A DNA stretch of 64,000 bases, from positions 160,001 to 224,000 of the forward strand of contig CBDUKN010000001.1 in NCBI GenBank assembly GCA_965367815.1, read 5' to 3'. Below the pieces are notes generated by a model, which did not search any database, had not been told where the DNA came from, and saw nothing but the letters and a program-made list of their open reading frames with translations. How positions within the stretch are numbered: position 1 is the stretch's first letter; every line of letters starts with the position of its first letter. Source of the stretch: an uncultured Thermoprotei archaeon. Lineage in GTDB: Archaea; Thermoproteota; Thermoprotei; Thermofilales; B15-G2. Shown piece by piece: positions 27,410-36,679 of the stretch. The translations under genes and the position numbers were made by a program.

Positions 27410-28057
27410 TTAGAACCTGTAGAGCTTACGGTAAAGCTCTACTTCGCGCTCAGGTATAAGCGGAGGCTTCTTGCCTAAAGCATAGCAGACGAACTGAGCG
27501 ATAGCTACTTCCTCCATTGTTTCTGCTACAGCTTCAGCTTCAACCAGATTAGAGCCCATGGCTATAATACCGTGGTTCTGAAGAATAATAGCCCTACATC
27601 CCTTAGCAGCAGTCTCAGCCACTAGCTTAGCGAGCTTATCGGTTCCAGGAAAAGCAAAAGGCACTATTTCTACTTTCCTTAAAACCATTACTTCCTCTAC
27701 AGTAATAGGCTCAATAGACAGCCCCGCTAAAGCCAGACCCAAGGTAAACGGATTATGTGCGTGAACAATAGCATTTACATCAGGTCTAGCCTTATAAATA
27801 GCCGCATGCACCGGAGCCTCTATTGAAGGCCTCAGCAGGCCGTCAACAACATTACAGTCTAAATCTAGTTTAACTAAGTCATCTGGATTCAACTCACCCT
27901 TGAAGACGCCACTAGGAGTAATCCAAAACTCCTCAGAATTAGGTATACGTGCACTAACATTACCGCCTAAAGCAGAAACAAGCCCTCTCCTATACAGAGC
28001 ACTCATAACTCTGCATATCTCTTGCTTCAATTCTTCCTCACTAAACAGACTCTCCAT
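27410..28057 (-). CDS. Class II aldolase/adducin family (fuculose-phosphate aldolase-like)
   Basis: GGNVSAR, ITPSG, PSIE, H...HAH, LQNHG. Confidence 0.92.
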   Translation of the reverse strand: MESLFSEEELKQEICRVMSALYRRGLVSALGGNVSARIPNSEEFWITPSGVFKGELNPDDLVKLDLDCNVVDGLLRPSIEAPVHAAIYKARPDVNAIVHAHNPFTLGLALAGLSIEPITVEEVMVLRKVEIVPFAFPGTDKLAKLVAETAAKGCRAIILQNHGIIAMGSNLVEAEAVAETMEEVAIAQFVCYALGKKPPLIPEREVELYRKLYRF

Positions 28058-28534
28058 ACGCTAATACCACAAACTACACCAGTTTAAAACTTTTCACAAA
28101 TAGATAACCTAGAATTGAAGTAGTCGCCGAAAACAAGATACTTTACTACAAACAGTAAACAATCTATAACATTTTATCATAAAGACTCTACATAAATTTA
28201 ATTTAGAAAGTAAGTGCCGAAAGCCATGCGCTGTGCATACCTGCAAAACCGAAATACTACTAGAGGCTTATTAATCATAGTTAATAAGTATTATGTGAAA
28301 CTGTCAACCACAATTAACATCATAATTAGTTAAGTAGCCGTACAAAAATCAAAGCTCTTCATTCTCAAAACTACACTAAACCATTTTACGAGAAATAAAC
28401 TAAGCACACTGCTTCTAAAATAGCAGTCAATAATACTAATCTATAGGAAAATACAATAATTGCTAGACGGACGCAATTAATTTACCATCCGTATACAATA
28501 TTCTTATATTGCTGTATACAAAGCTATATCGTAT

Positions 28535-28761
28535 ATGTCAACGGAAGTCTTCAGTATCAGAATAAGAAAAGATTTAAAAGAAATAGTTAAAAATACAGAG
28601 AAGTCAATTGGAGAAAACTTATCGAAGAACTTATAGAAGAAGTAGCAGCACGTAAAGAAATTGAAGAATCTTTCAAAGAACTGGATCAATTATTCAAAAA
28701 TATAACTCCTTCACCCGAACCAGGATGGGTTACGGTTAGAGAAGCTAGAGAAACAGAGTGA
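28535..28761 (+). pseudogene. vapB: VapB-type RHH antitoxin, frameshifted
   Basis: Reads MSTEVFSIRIRKDLKEIVK, then a shift at the A5 run 28589-28593 restores YREVNWRKLIEELIEE...VREARETE*. The stop overlaps the GTG of vapC. Confidence 0.75.
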
Positions 28762-29195
28762 TAAGTATGTACATTATAGATGCATCAATATACGCTAGTG
28801 TAGCTGTTAAAGACGAATTCTATGAAAAAAGCCGCAGCTTCCTCACTCAAAGCAGAAGCTTTAGATGTATAACTCTAGACATAGCTCTCATTGAAGCATA
28901 CAATGCTCTATGGAAACACGTCTATTTACTAAAAAGAATTCCTATAAAAAACTATAGAAATATAGCCGTAAATCTAAGAAAAATATTCGAAAAAAGCGTA
29001 AGAAAAATATTTAATGCAATCGATATAGCTGACGACGCTCTTAATATAGCTATTAACTATGGAATAACAGTCTACGACTCAGCTCACTTAGCTCTCGCCG
29101 AAAAAACAGGATATAAACTAATAACTTACGATAAAGAACTAAAAAGAAGACTTGAAAAAACAAATTTAGAGAAAAACATATATGTCTTTTATTAA
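28758..29195 (+). CDS. vapC: VapC PIN-domain ribonuclease toxin
   Basis: IIDAS, IEAYNAL, ITVYDS, ITYDKEL; all four acidic PIN residues are present. Confidence 0.9.
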   Translation: MISMYIIDASIYASVAVKDEFYEKSRSFLTQSRSFRCITLDIALIEAYNALWKHVYLLKRIPIKNYRNIAVNLRKIFEKSVRKIFNAIDIADDALNIAINYGITVYDSAHLALAEKTGYKLITYDKELKRRLEKTNLEKNIYVFY

Positions 29196-29399
29196 AGTAA
29201 AATAACTAGCAAACAATTTTCCTCTACCAATTACGACATTATAGCTAATGTCTCAAACGAACCCAAATAATAAAATAAAGTCCTATGGACTCCCAAACAT
29301 ATATTCCTGCTAAATGTAAACAAAGCTCCCAAACATCAATATAGCATAATTCAATTTCCCGCAGAAAAGCTAAAATATTTACATAATTTAACAAACTCA

Positions 29400-30456
29400 A
29401 TGGATAAATACAGAATAGTTAAAATAACTACCTCAGCCATCTCACTAATTCTAATAATATACCTACTATCAGCAGGAATATCCGCAGCACTGATCGAAAT
29501 AGACTACAACAATATAGAAACACGCATCGAAAACACGTACATTGTAGCAGAAGTACCACTACACAACAAAGGATTCTACCCTATCAAAAACATGAAAATA
29601 TCATACCAAATACTAACACCCGAAAACGAACTAATATACAGCGGAGAAACAGTTATCAAGAAAATAAAGCCAAAAGAATACAAGAAAATAAAAATAGCAA
29701 TACCAATAGCCGAGCTCTTATCAGGAAAACTAATTAAAGAAATATTAAAAGAAACATATTTAAAAATACCAGTCAAAATAACACTAATTTACGCTTAGTT
29801 AATAAAAACACAAGTACAGCTGACAATAAAAGTACCTATCAAAAAAGCAATCACCATACATGAATTAGAAATAAAGAACATAGAAGTTTCAGAAAAAGGA
29901 GTAATCATAACATACGTATGTACACTGACTAGCTCATTTACACTAAAAGATGTAACTCTTCTCATCGTAGCTAACGGAGCTCAATTGAGTGCAGATAAAA
30001 TAGACATATATATAGGAACAACAACAATAGAAAAACAAGTAACAATACCGCCAAACATAATAAAGCAGGCGTTATATAATTCAATACTTCTAGAAATATA
30101 CTTATCAAAGAATAATATAAAAGTACCTCTCAAAAAAAATAACAATAGGACCAATACTAGTGAATAAAATAAAAGTAATTAAAGTAAATGTAGACATATT
30201 TCAAATGAAAGTATATGCTGAAATACTAGTTCCACTAAACAAAACAATAGTACCGGAAAACATAATTCTGCCTTTGATAATAGTTCAGCGCAATGCTCAG
30301 GGGGCAGTAGTCTCGAAAACAAGTCTTCAAATAAAGCCTGTAAACAATGTAATTAAGCTTGAATTTAAGGTAGCATTACAAACAAGAGCTATTGAAATAA
30401 TCTTAGAAAACCCCTTCAACATAACTCTAGTAAAATATGGTATAGGAGGCGAATAA
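29400..30456 (+). pseudogene. Disrupted membrane-anchored beta-rich (Ig/LEA-like) surface protein, about 350 aa if repaired
   Basis: ORF 29400 stays in frame past TAG 29796-29798 into ORF 29985. A +1 shift at the A8 run 30132-30139 joins ORF 30160-30456. Confidence 0.7.
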
Positions 30457-30458
30457 CT

Positions 30459-30959
30459 ATGAAAAAACTAAAACTTTTACTATCTACAGTATCAGCAATA
30501 ATATTTTTCATTGTAGCCGCTTATCTACCATACGTACTGTTTACTAAAAACCTTAAAGAAATAGCTACGTTACTGCAACCACTACTTAACATAAATACTG
30601 AAGAAATACCGCCTATAACAATATCGGTAGACAGAGATCTCAATTTAATACTAGCTGTGGGAATAATATACACCATAGTAGCACTAACGGCAAGCATAGT
30701 GTGCTACTTTAAAGAAGCCCGCGAGAGTATATTAGAGGTAGCTAAAGCGACTTTAATGACGTTGTTTAAAGCTGTATGGCTAATTGGATCAAGTGGAGTA
30801 GGAGTATACGTAATTAAAATACCTCCTACAGAAATATTTGAATCGGAAATACAGCTAACATTAGACATGTCAATAATAGCTATAGTACTACTGCTTTTGT
30901 CACTGCTAGAAGTTGCTTTTTCAGTACTGCAAATCAAGAAAAACAATAAAACATATTAA
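30459..30959 (+). CDS. Hypothetical 4-TM membrane protein
   Basis: 166 aa, hydrophobic; SD-like GGAGG upstream; starts 2 bp after the previous stop. Confidence 0.7.
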   Translation: MKKLKLLLSTVSAIIFFIVAAYLPYVLFTKNLKEIATLLQPLLNINTEEIPPITISVDRDLNLILAVGIIYTIVALTASIVCYFKEARESILEVAKATLMTLFKAVWLIGSSGVGVYVIKIPPTEIFESEIQLTLDMSIIAIVLLLLSLLEVAFSVLQIKKNNKTY

Positions 30960-31178
30960 TTTACATTGATTGTCATCTAAAGAAATATGTTTAGGACAAA
31001 GTAATTTAAGAGATTACTAGTATTAAATACTTAAGGAAATGATTTATTTCTAAGTTCAAGTAACTTAATTTATCTTCATATGTAGATACTTAAGCCACTT
31101 AAAGGATACTATTTAAGAATGCTAAATTTACTATGAAGTATACTTCAACTAAGCATGTACTTTACTGAACGTGAGTAG

Positions 31179-32669
31179 CTAGAAGAGAATTCTTGCTGTT
31201 ATTTCGAGTAAAGGCTTTACCTTATTCAATATAAGTGACGGAGTTAACGCGTAGACTATTAACTTTACTTCATTTTTTGATATTAAGTTAAGTTTAATGT
31301 ACATTATATACGATAGTATTATAATTAATGGTACGCCTATAATCCATTCTTGTCTAAGTATAGTCCAGGCGACGCTTGATAACGCTAGTGGGACTGCTGC
31401 TAAGCAGGCTATTGTCTTGTATGAGGGAGTGAAGCCTATGTTTTTCGCTATAATTACTGATGCGAGAAAACCTGTTATACTTCCTGCCAAAAAGGATAGT
31501 GCTGCGCCGTATCCTCCATAAGGTGGAACTAGTATGAAGTAGAGCACTATTCTCGGAATATTCAGTGCAGCGCCTAAGGCAAGTATTTTCATGTACCCAT
31601 TATAAGCATAGAGGAGGTTTGTGACAGCGCCTACAAAGATTATGAATGCTGATGAAGCTAGCAGTACGAAAAGCGAGCTACTTGCTGAAACATATTCTCT
31701 TCTAAGCAGTTTTAAAGGAGCCCAGGGATACGTCATTAAAGCGAAAGCTAAAGGCAGTATTAGTGCATAGCATACTTTAAGAGTGCTCCAGCAGACTCTT
31801 TTTCTTCCATCGGTAAGGCTGCTCAAAACTGGGAGAAGAAGCATAGTTATGTTTAGCCCTAGTCCTACGACGACAGAGCTTATTGTAAATGCTATGTAGT
31901 AAGCACCTGTTTCTACAGCTCCTGTGCTTCCAAAGACTACGAGGACTCCAAGCCACTGACCTAAAAGAGTCACTACATTTGGTAGCCATGAAACGGAGCC
32001 TGCCTTTAGTATTTTGTATACAGCACTTAGAGAGAAAGCTATTCTCTTTTCAGAGTAGAGCCTACTCAAATACAAATATACTAGAAGCATTACTAAGTAG
32101 TGAAAAACATAGCCAAGGCTTGCACCAACCCAGCTCCAGCCCCAAATAACTAATGTAATTCCTACTGCTAGACGCACAACATTTCCTAGCGCTGACACAA
32201 GTGCGACAATGTTTGTCTTAAGTACTGCCGTAAAAAGAGCCGTGAAATTAGTGTTGAATCCCAGTGCGACGAGAAGTGAGCATATAACAAAGGCCTGTGG
32301 AGAAAATTCCTTATAAGAAAATCCAGACAGCGCTAGAAGCATTAACATGAACCCTGCAGCGAAGTAAACTATCGCTGAAAACAGAGTAGTTGACCAGAAA
32401 TAAGTAGATAAACTTTCTCTGTCTTTTTGGCCCCAAGCTTCACCTATGTATTTCTGCAAGCCTATACCACTGCCCATATTTAGTAAACCTATGATTATTG
32501 AAGCTAAGCCTATAACGGCGCTAGTATATCCCAGTACTGAAGGGCCTCCAATAATTGATATTACAAACCAGTAAACGAACCCAAATATGTTATTGAGGAT
32601 ATTTGATAGATAAAGCCAAGATCCTCCTTTCAAGACTTTGCTGACGACGCTTTGTTCGCTGGAAGACAT
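31179..32669 (-). CDS. Oligosaccharide flippase (Wzx/MOP family)
   Basis: About 14 TM helices; KVLKGGSWLYLS, GAYYIA, LLPVLS, LVPPYGGYGAA. Confidence 0.85.
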   Translation of the reverse strand: MSSSEQSVVSKVLKGGSWLYLSNILNNIFGFVYWFVISIIGGPSVLGYTSAVIGLASIIIGLLNMGSGIGLQKYIGEAWGQKDRESLSTYFWSTTLFSAIVYFAAGFMLMLLALSGFSYKEFSPQAFVICSLLVALGFNTNFTALFTAVLKTNIVALVSALGNVVRLAVGITLVIWGWSWVGASLGYVFHYLVMLLVYLYLSRLYSEKRIAFSLSAVYKILKAGSVSWLPNVVTLLGQWLGVLVVFGSTGAVETGAYYIAFTISSVVVGLGLNITMLLLPVLSSLTDGRKRVCWSTLKVCYALILPLAFALMTYPWAPLKLLRREYVSASSSLFVLLASSAFIIFVGAVTNLLYAYNGYMKILALGAALNIPRIVLYFILVPPYGGYGAALSFLAGSITGFLASVIIAKNIGFTPSYKTIACLAAVPLALSSVAWTILRQEWIIGVPLIIILSYIMYIKLNLISKNEVKLIVYALTPSLILNKVKPLLEITARILF

Positions 32670-32925
32670 CAGTGTTGTACAAGTAAATTTTTTTATAAAA
32701 ATTTCGGAAAAATAGTCTACTTTTAGCTAAGGTAGAGAAGTCAGTAAAATTTATGGAAAATTCGCTACAGCTAGAGTATTGTTCGTTTTTCAGCAGCTCT
32801 GCTTTTCTCTAACCATGCATCCTTTCCATAAACTAATTATACTCACATTTTACCGAATAATGATGCTGAAATAATAATTTAGTGTCAACTAGGGTTTAAA
32901 TATCTGCTTAGAATAATGTGCTAAT

Positions 32926-33759
32926 GTGTACGTAATTAAAGCAAACGGGGAGAAAGAAGAATTTGATAAAAGTAAAATAATAAGAACTTGTTTAAGAATG
33001 GGGGCTTCAAGAGAATTAGCTGAAGAAATTGCTTCTGAAGTAGAGAAGAGAGCTTATGACGGAATTCCCACTAAAGAAATCTTAAAAACGATACTTAAGT
33101 TACTAGAAGAGCGCTACCACCCAGCATTTAAACATAGAGAAGACTTGAGATCTGCGCTTAGTCTACTTAGGCCTAAACCAGATTTCGAGCAATATGTGCG
33201 AATAGTTCTAAGAGAACTGGGATACTTTGTTTTACCTAATCAAATTATTAGAGGTAAATGCCTTGAATACGAGCTAGACGGGATAATTGAAAAAGATGAT
33301 AAGAGATATATGCTTGAAGTAAAACATCACGTAAATCCTCATACACCTACTGGCCTAGAAGTATGTTTAGCTGTGCACGCTAAGCTACTGGATATTAATG
33401 AAGGATATAGACTAGGCTTAACTACAGTCAAGCTCGATGGAGCAATAATAGTGTGTAACACAAAGTTTTCCTACCATGCACGAAAGTACGCTGAATGTGC
33501 AGGCTTAATGCTGCTAGGCTGGAATCATCCTTCCGAAAACGGTTTAAGCACTATTATAGAAAAAAAGAAGCTCTACCCAATTACGTGTATTAAGGGATTT
33601 AGTAGGGACGTTTATGCTAAACTTGCAGAAGCTAGAGTACTACTACTTAGGCAAGTAGCTGAAAGTCCTCTAGAAGAATTAACTAAAATTACTGGTCTCG
33701 ATGAAGATACCTTAAGATTGCTTAAAGATAGAGCATTAAAAATAATGTCTATATATTAA
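32926..33759 (+). CDS. ATP-cone domain fused to Mrr-like PD-(D/E)XK endonuclease domain
   Basis: VIKANGEKEEFDKSKI ATP cone; DFEQYV, YELDG, LEVKHH, CNTKFS. Confidence 0.85.
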   Translation: MYVIKANGEKEEFDKSKIIRTCLRMGASRELAEEIASEVEKRAYDGIPTKEILKTILKLLEERYHPAFKHREDLRSALSLLRPKPDFEQYVRIVLRELGYFVLPNQIIRGKCLEYELDGIIEKDDKRYMLEVKHHVNPHTPTGLEVCLAVHAKLLDINEGYRLGLTTVKLDGAIIVCNTKFSYHARKYAECAGLMLLGWNHPSENGLSTIIEKKKLYPITCIKGFSRDVYAKLAEARVLLLRQVAESPLEELTKITGLDEDTLRLLKDRALKIMSIY

Positions 33760-33836
33760 AATCTATTTAATTCATTTTTAAGACAATATAACTATTTGAT
33801 TCTCCAGTGGAAATGACTGATGATAGGAGGGGTTCA

Positions 33837-34535
33837 TCAAATTACTAGAGTCGAGAAGCATAAAAGTATGTAGAGTAAAGGAGGTAGAACAATATTATCG
33901 TCAATAGGTGAGCATAATTCTCCTACAGCAGATATGAATGCAACTATTAGTGAAAAATAGCCGACAATAGTATACGTTGCTGCTGAAATGACTATAAATA
34001 ATGCGAAAGCACCTTCAATACTCTTATTGAGCAGCCTATGTTTGCCAAAGTGTAAACCTGCAAGTGATGCTATAGAATCTCCAATACCAGAAATAACTAT
34101 ACTTAAAGTAGAGTACTCAATTTTAATGAAAAACTGAAGAAGAAGTACTAGAAGAGCTCCTGAAGCTAAATTGAGTGCACAGTAGCCTGGAGGCTCGTTT
34201 TCTCGAGAGAACTTATTTATAACGCTTTTAGTTATTTTACCGAGTTTATCTACACGTTCTACTGCTAAAGAACCTATTAAAACTAGTATAGATAAAGTTA
34301 GAAGAGATAAACTGTAGCCAAAGCTGATGTAGAGAAAATGAAGTAGAAGACAGCATAAAATGTGTACTATTTTTCTATAGTATTCTCCTCTAGCGCTTCT
34401 ATGAAATAGTATAACTGCGAGAATAGCAAGTAGTAGTACGAAGTATTCTACATATCCTGTTAAAGAAGTTTGAAAGTCTACTAGCGATAAAGCTAAACCT
34501 GAAATAGATATAGTTAGGTAAAATTCTCTACGCAT
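33837..34535 (-). CDS. Dolichol/phytol kinase-like (CTP-transferase family) membrane protein
   Basis: RKIVH, GDSIASLAG, NKSIEG, DDNIVLP. Confidence 0.85.
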   Translation of the reverse strand: MRREFYLTISISGLALSLVDFQTSLTGYVEYFVLLLAILAVILFHRSARGEYYRKIVHILCCLLLHFLYISFGYSLSLLTLSILVLIGSLAVERVDKLGKITKSVINKFSRENEPPGYCALNLASGALLVLLLQFFIKIEYSTLSIVISGIGDSIASLAGLHFGKHRLLNKSIEGAFALFIVISAATYTIVGYFSLIVAFISAVGELCSPIDDNIVLPPLLYILLCFSTLVI

Positions 34536-35772
34536 ATTCTAGTATTCTTTTCTGTTTCATAAGAAGTCTTAAAATATATGATTTAGGTAATATTAGGTTT
34601 AAATCTGTTTCAATGAATTTCTTTGCAAGAGAAAGAGCTTTACTAAGATCATCTACTATTACAGGCTTTCCTTTAAGTGCATTTCGCACACTTTCTCTTA
34701 TTTGCCACGAGCCTACGGGTGCGTAGTAGTCTTTTGTTACTTCTCTAATAGCTATGACTGTTGCCTGCCGCTTTTCTCTGTAAAGGTGTTCTAGTACAGG
34801 GAATCTTATGGCGTGATAGCCGCCGTCTACACCGGGTTTTCTCCACTTGCCGTCGTGTAGCTCGAAGTTCACTGTGAAGAAAGGCTCATTTGATTTAACC
34901 CATATGCTTCTAGGAAGCCATATTTCTATCATTTCAAAAGACCAGGGGCCCGGCGCCATTATAATGAAGTACCTGTTTCCCATGTAGCTTGTCTTATAGA
35001 CTCTGTACTCGTTTATTTCACTGAAAGTTCTAACTTTTTCGAGTAGTTTATCTCCTAGAATACTGTCTACGGCGGTAATGCTCCACCTAGTGGGGACAAT
35101 TTTTCTATCTTTCTTTAATCCGAGCAACCCTAGTGAGAAGAGCCGCACTATGTGGTACACTGAAATACCGCTGAAGTATAGTTCAGCTATACTTTCGCTG
35201 GCTCTAGCATCTTCGTCGCTCACTAGCTGATCTACTCTTCTAGGTACAACAGGATTACTTGCCAAGTTAAGTTTGTCTAATACAGCTACAGGGCCTCGTG
35301 GAGCAACTATTCCGTCAAAAGCTAGCCGCGGAGTAGGAGGTTTCTTGAAGACATACTCTGCGTCAACAGGCTCCGTTGAAAGAGAAATCTCTTTAATGAG
35401 ATTGAGAAGCCTAGAGCTAGGTCTCCTTGCCTCCGTTACTCTAGCAGTAAAGCTGGAGAAAATAGTTCTAGCTCTAAGCCTAATAATATCGTCTATTGAA
35501 AACCTCCTCCACCATGACTCAGGATCATCGTAGATTTTTGCTTCAGCTCCAGGAACAGGAGCTACATTCGGCCCTAAAGTCACGTAAGGGTAGTTCTTTT
35601 CTCCAACTAAAACGGAGGGAGGTGTAGCTGCATAAAGAGTCTTCTTTCTAATAGTAGGCTTTATTTTGAGTTCTTCTTCTAGCCTAACTAAAATAGGGCA
35701 CTTCGGGAAACCACAGAGCTTTCTTACACCTTTACACTGTGCACAAAGAGCAGGGTCTATTTTCTTAGGCAC
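34528..35772 (-). CDS. nreA: Nre family DNA repair protein
   Basis: CAQCKG...CGFPKCP zinc site, PPSVLVGE, VPTRWSITAVD, GGYHA, PVGSWQIRE, C-terminal PIP-like QKRILEY. Confidence 0.92.
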   Translation of the reverse strand: MPKKIDPALCAQCKGVRKLCGFPKCPILVRLEEELKIKPTIRKKTLYAATPPSVLVGEKNYPYVTLGPNVAPVPGAEAKIYDDPESWWRRFSIDDIIRLRARTIFSSFTARVTEARRPSSRLLNLIKEISLSTEPVDAEYVFKKPPTPRLAFDGIVAPRGPVAVLDKLNLASNPVVPRRVDQLVSDEDARASESIAELYFSGISVYHIVRLFSLGLLGLKKDRKIVPTRWSITAVDSILGDKLLEKVRTFSEINEYRVYKTSYMGNRYFIIMAPGPWSFEMIEIWLPRSIWVKSNEPFFTVNFELHDGKWRKPGVDGGYHAIRFPVLEHLYREKRQATVIAIREVTKDYYAPVGSWQIRESVRNALKGKPVIVDDLSKALSLAKKFIETDLNLILPKSYILRLLMKQKRILEYA

Positions 35773-35822
35773 TCTGTGAAGAAAGCGCAGTTAAAGTAGA
35801 TAAAACTGTTGCTTAAATACAT

Positions 35823-36296
35823 TTACTCGATTTCAGCTACAATAACTAAGGCGCATCCGCATTTCTCTACTTTATGCTCGGCTGAGTACACTTTGTACTT
35901 TGTAATAGTTATTTTCCTAGCTTTAGCCATTTCCTTTAACCTCAGCAAAGCTCTTTCTTCAGCCTCACTTCTACTAATATTGCGTGCAGAATACTCAGCT
36001 ACTAGCGTGGGCCCCTTGTCGGTCCACCCTATAGCCATAGCTGCTGCAATAACTTCACCCCTAGTACTTGAGACAACATAGTCATATATTGCCGGAAGAT
36101 TTGCTCCTAAAGGAATCCCCTGAGGAGGCTCTTCAGTAATCTCTATGTCTCTTGGGAGAATACTAGTTAGCTTTATGAGGGATACTTGAGGCAGACCTGC
36201 TTTAATCAAGCAGTTGTCGAATGCATTTAGCTCTGTTTCCCCTTCCGCTGATACAGCGGCTACATAGGCTTTCTTAGGAACAGTTATTAAACTCAT
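35823..36296 (-). CDS. pdaD: Pyruvoyl-dependent arginine decarboxylase
   Basis: LNAFDNCL, SLIKLTSILP (T-S cleavage site), VAEY. Confidence 0.85.
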   Translation of the reverse strand: MSLITVPKKAYVAAVSAEGETELNAFDNCLIKAGLPQVSLIKLTSILPRDIEITEEPPQGIPLGANLPAIYDYVVSSTRGEVIAAAMAIGWTDKGPTLVAEYSARNISRSEAEERALLRLKEMAKARKITITKYKVYSAEHKVEKCGCALVIVAEIE

Positions 36297-36378
36297 ACTG
36301 TTTCCTAAAGCTACTGTAAAAACAGTACTTAAAATTAACGTTCCTAATGCAAGCTAAAAAGAATGTAAGTTATGTAAT

Positions 36379-36627
36379 CTATCTATATTTAAGAGACTCA
36401 TCCAGGTAATCTCGGTAGTCTTCTATTTGTTTTCTAATAGCCTGCCTTATAAATTCCGATAAGTGACGGTATCCTTTTAGCTCAACGTATTTCTTCATCT
36501 TAATGTAAAGTTCCTCAGGTACAGTAAATGTTACTACGCGAGAAGATTTCTTTTTGTTCTTTCTTCGTTCAGAAGAATATGTTTCACTCAGCATGTGCTC
36601 TCTAAGTCCCCTCAGCTCCCCCCTCAT
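36379..36627 (-). CDS. Ribbon-helix-helix (CopG-like) regulator
   Basis: VVTFTVPEELY...GYRHLSEFIRQAIR. Confidence 0.85.
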   Translation of the reverse strand: MRGELRGLREHMLSETYSSERRKNKKKSSRVVTFTVPEELYIKMKKYVELKGYRHLSEFIRQAIRKQIEDYRDYLDESLKYR

Positions 36628-36679
36628 CGAGTAAACATAACCTGAGAGATTTAAAATATTTAGTGTCTATATTTTCTAA

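Noticed and set aside
28504-28689. 61-aa minus-strand ORF
   Set aside because: Antisense shadow of the frameshifted vapB.
29796-29798. In-frame TAG as pyrrolysine or genetic-code reassignment
   Set aside because: TAG ends many ordinary genes in this window, and the same gene has a second, independent frameshift, so pseudogenisation is simpler.
33794-33842. Possible third C/D sRNA between convergent genes (ATGA-CTGATGA-TAGGAGGGGTT)
   Set aside because: Has D'/C'-like boxes but no proper upstream C box or terminal CTGA on either strand. TGATGA...TCATCA is better read as a small hairpin or a degenerate remnant.
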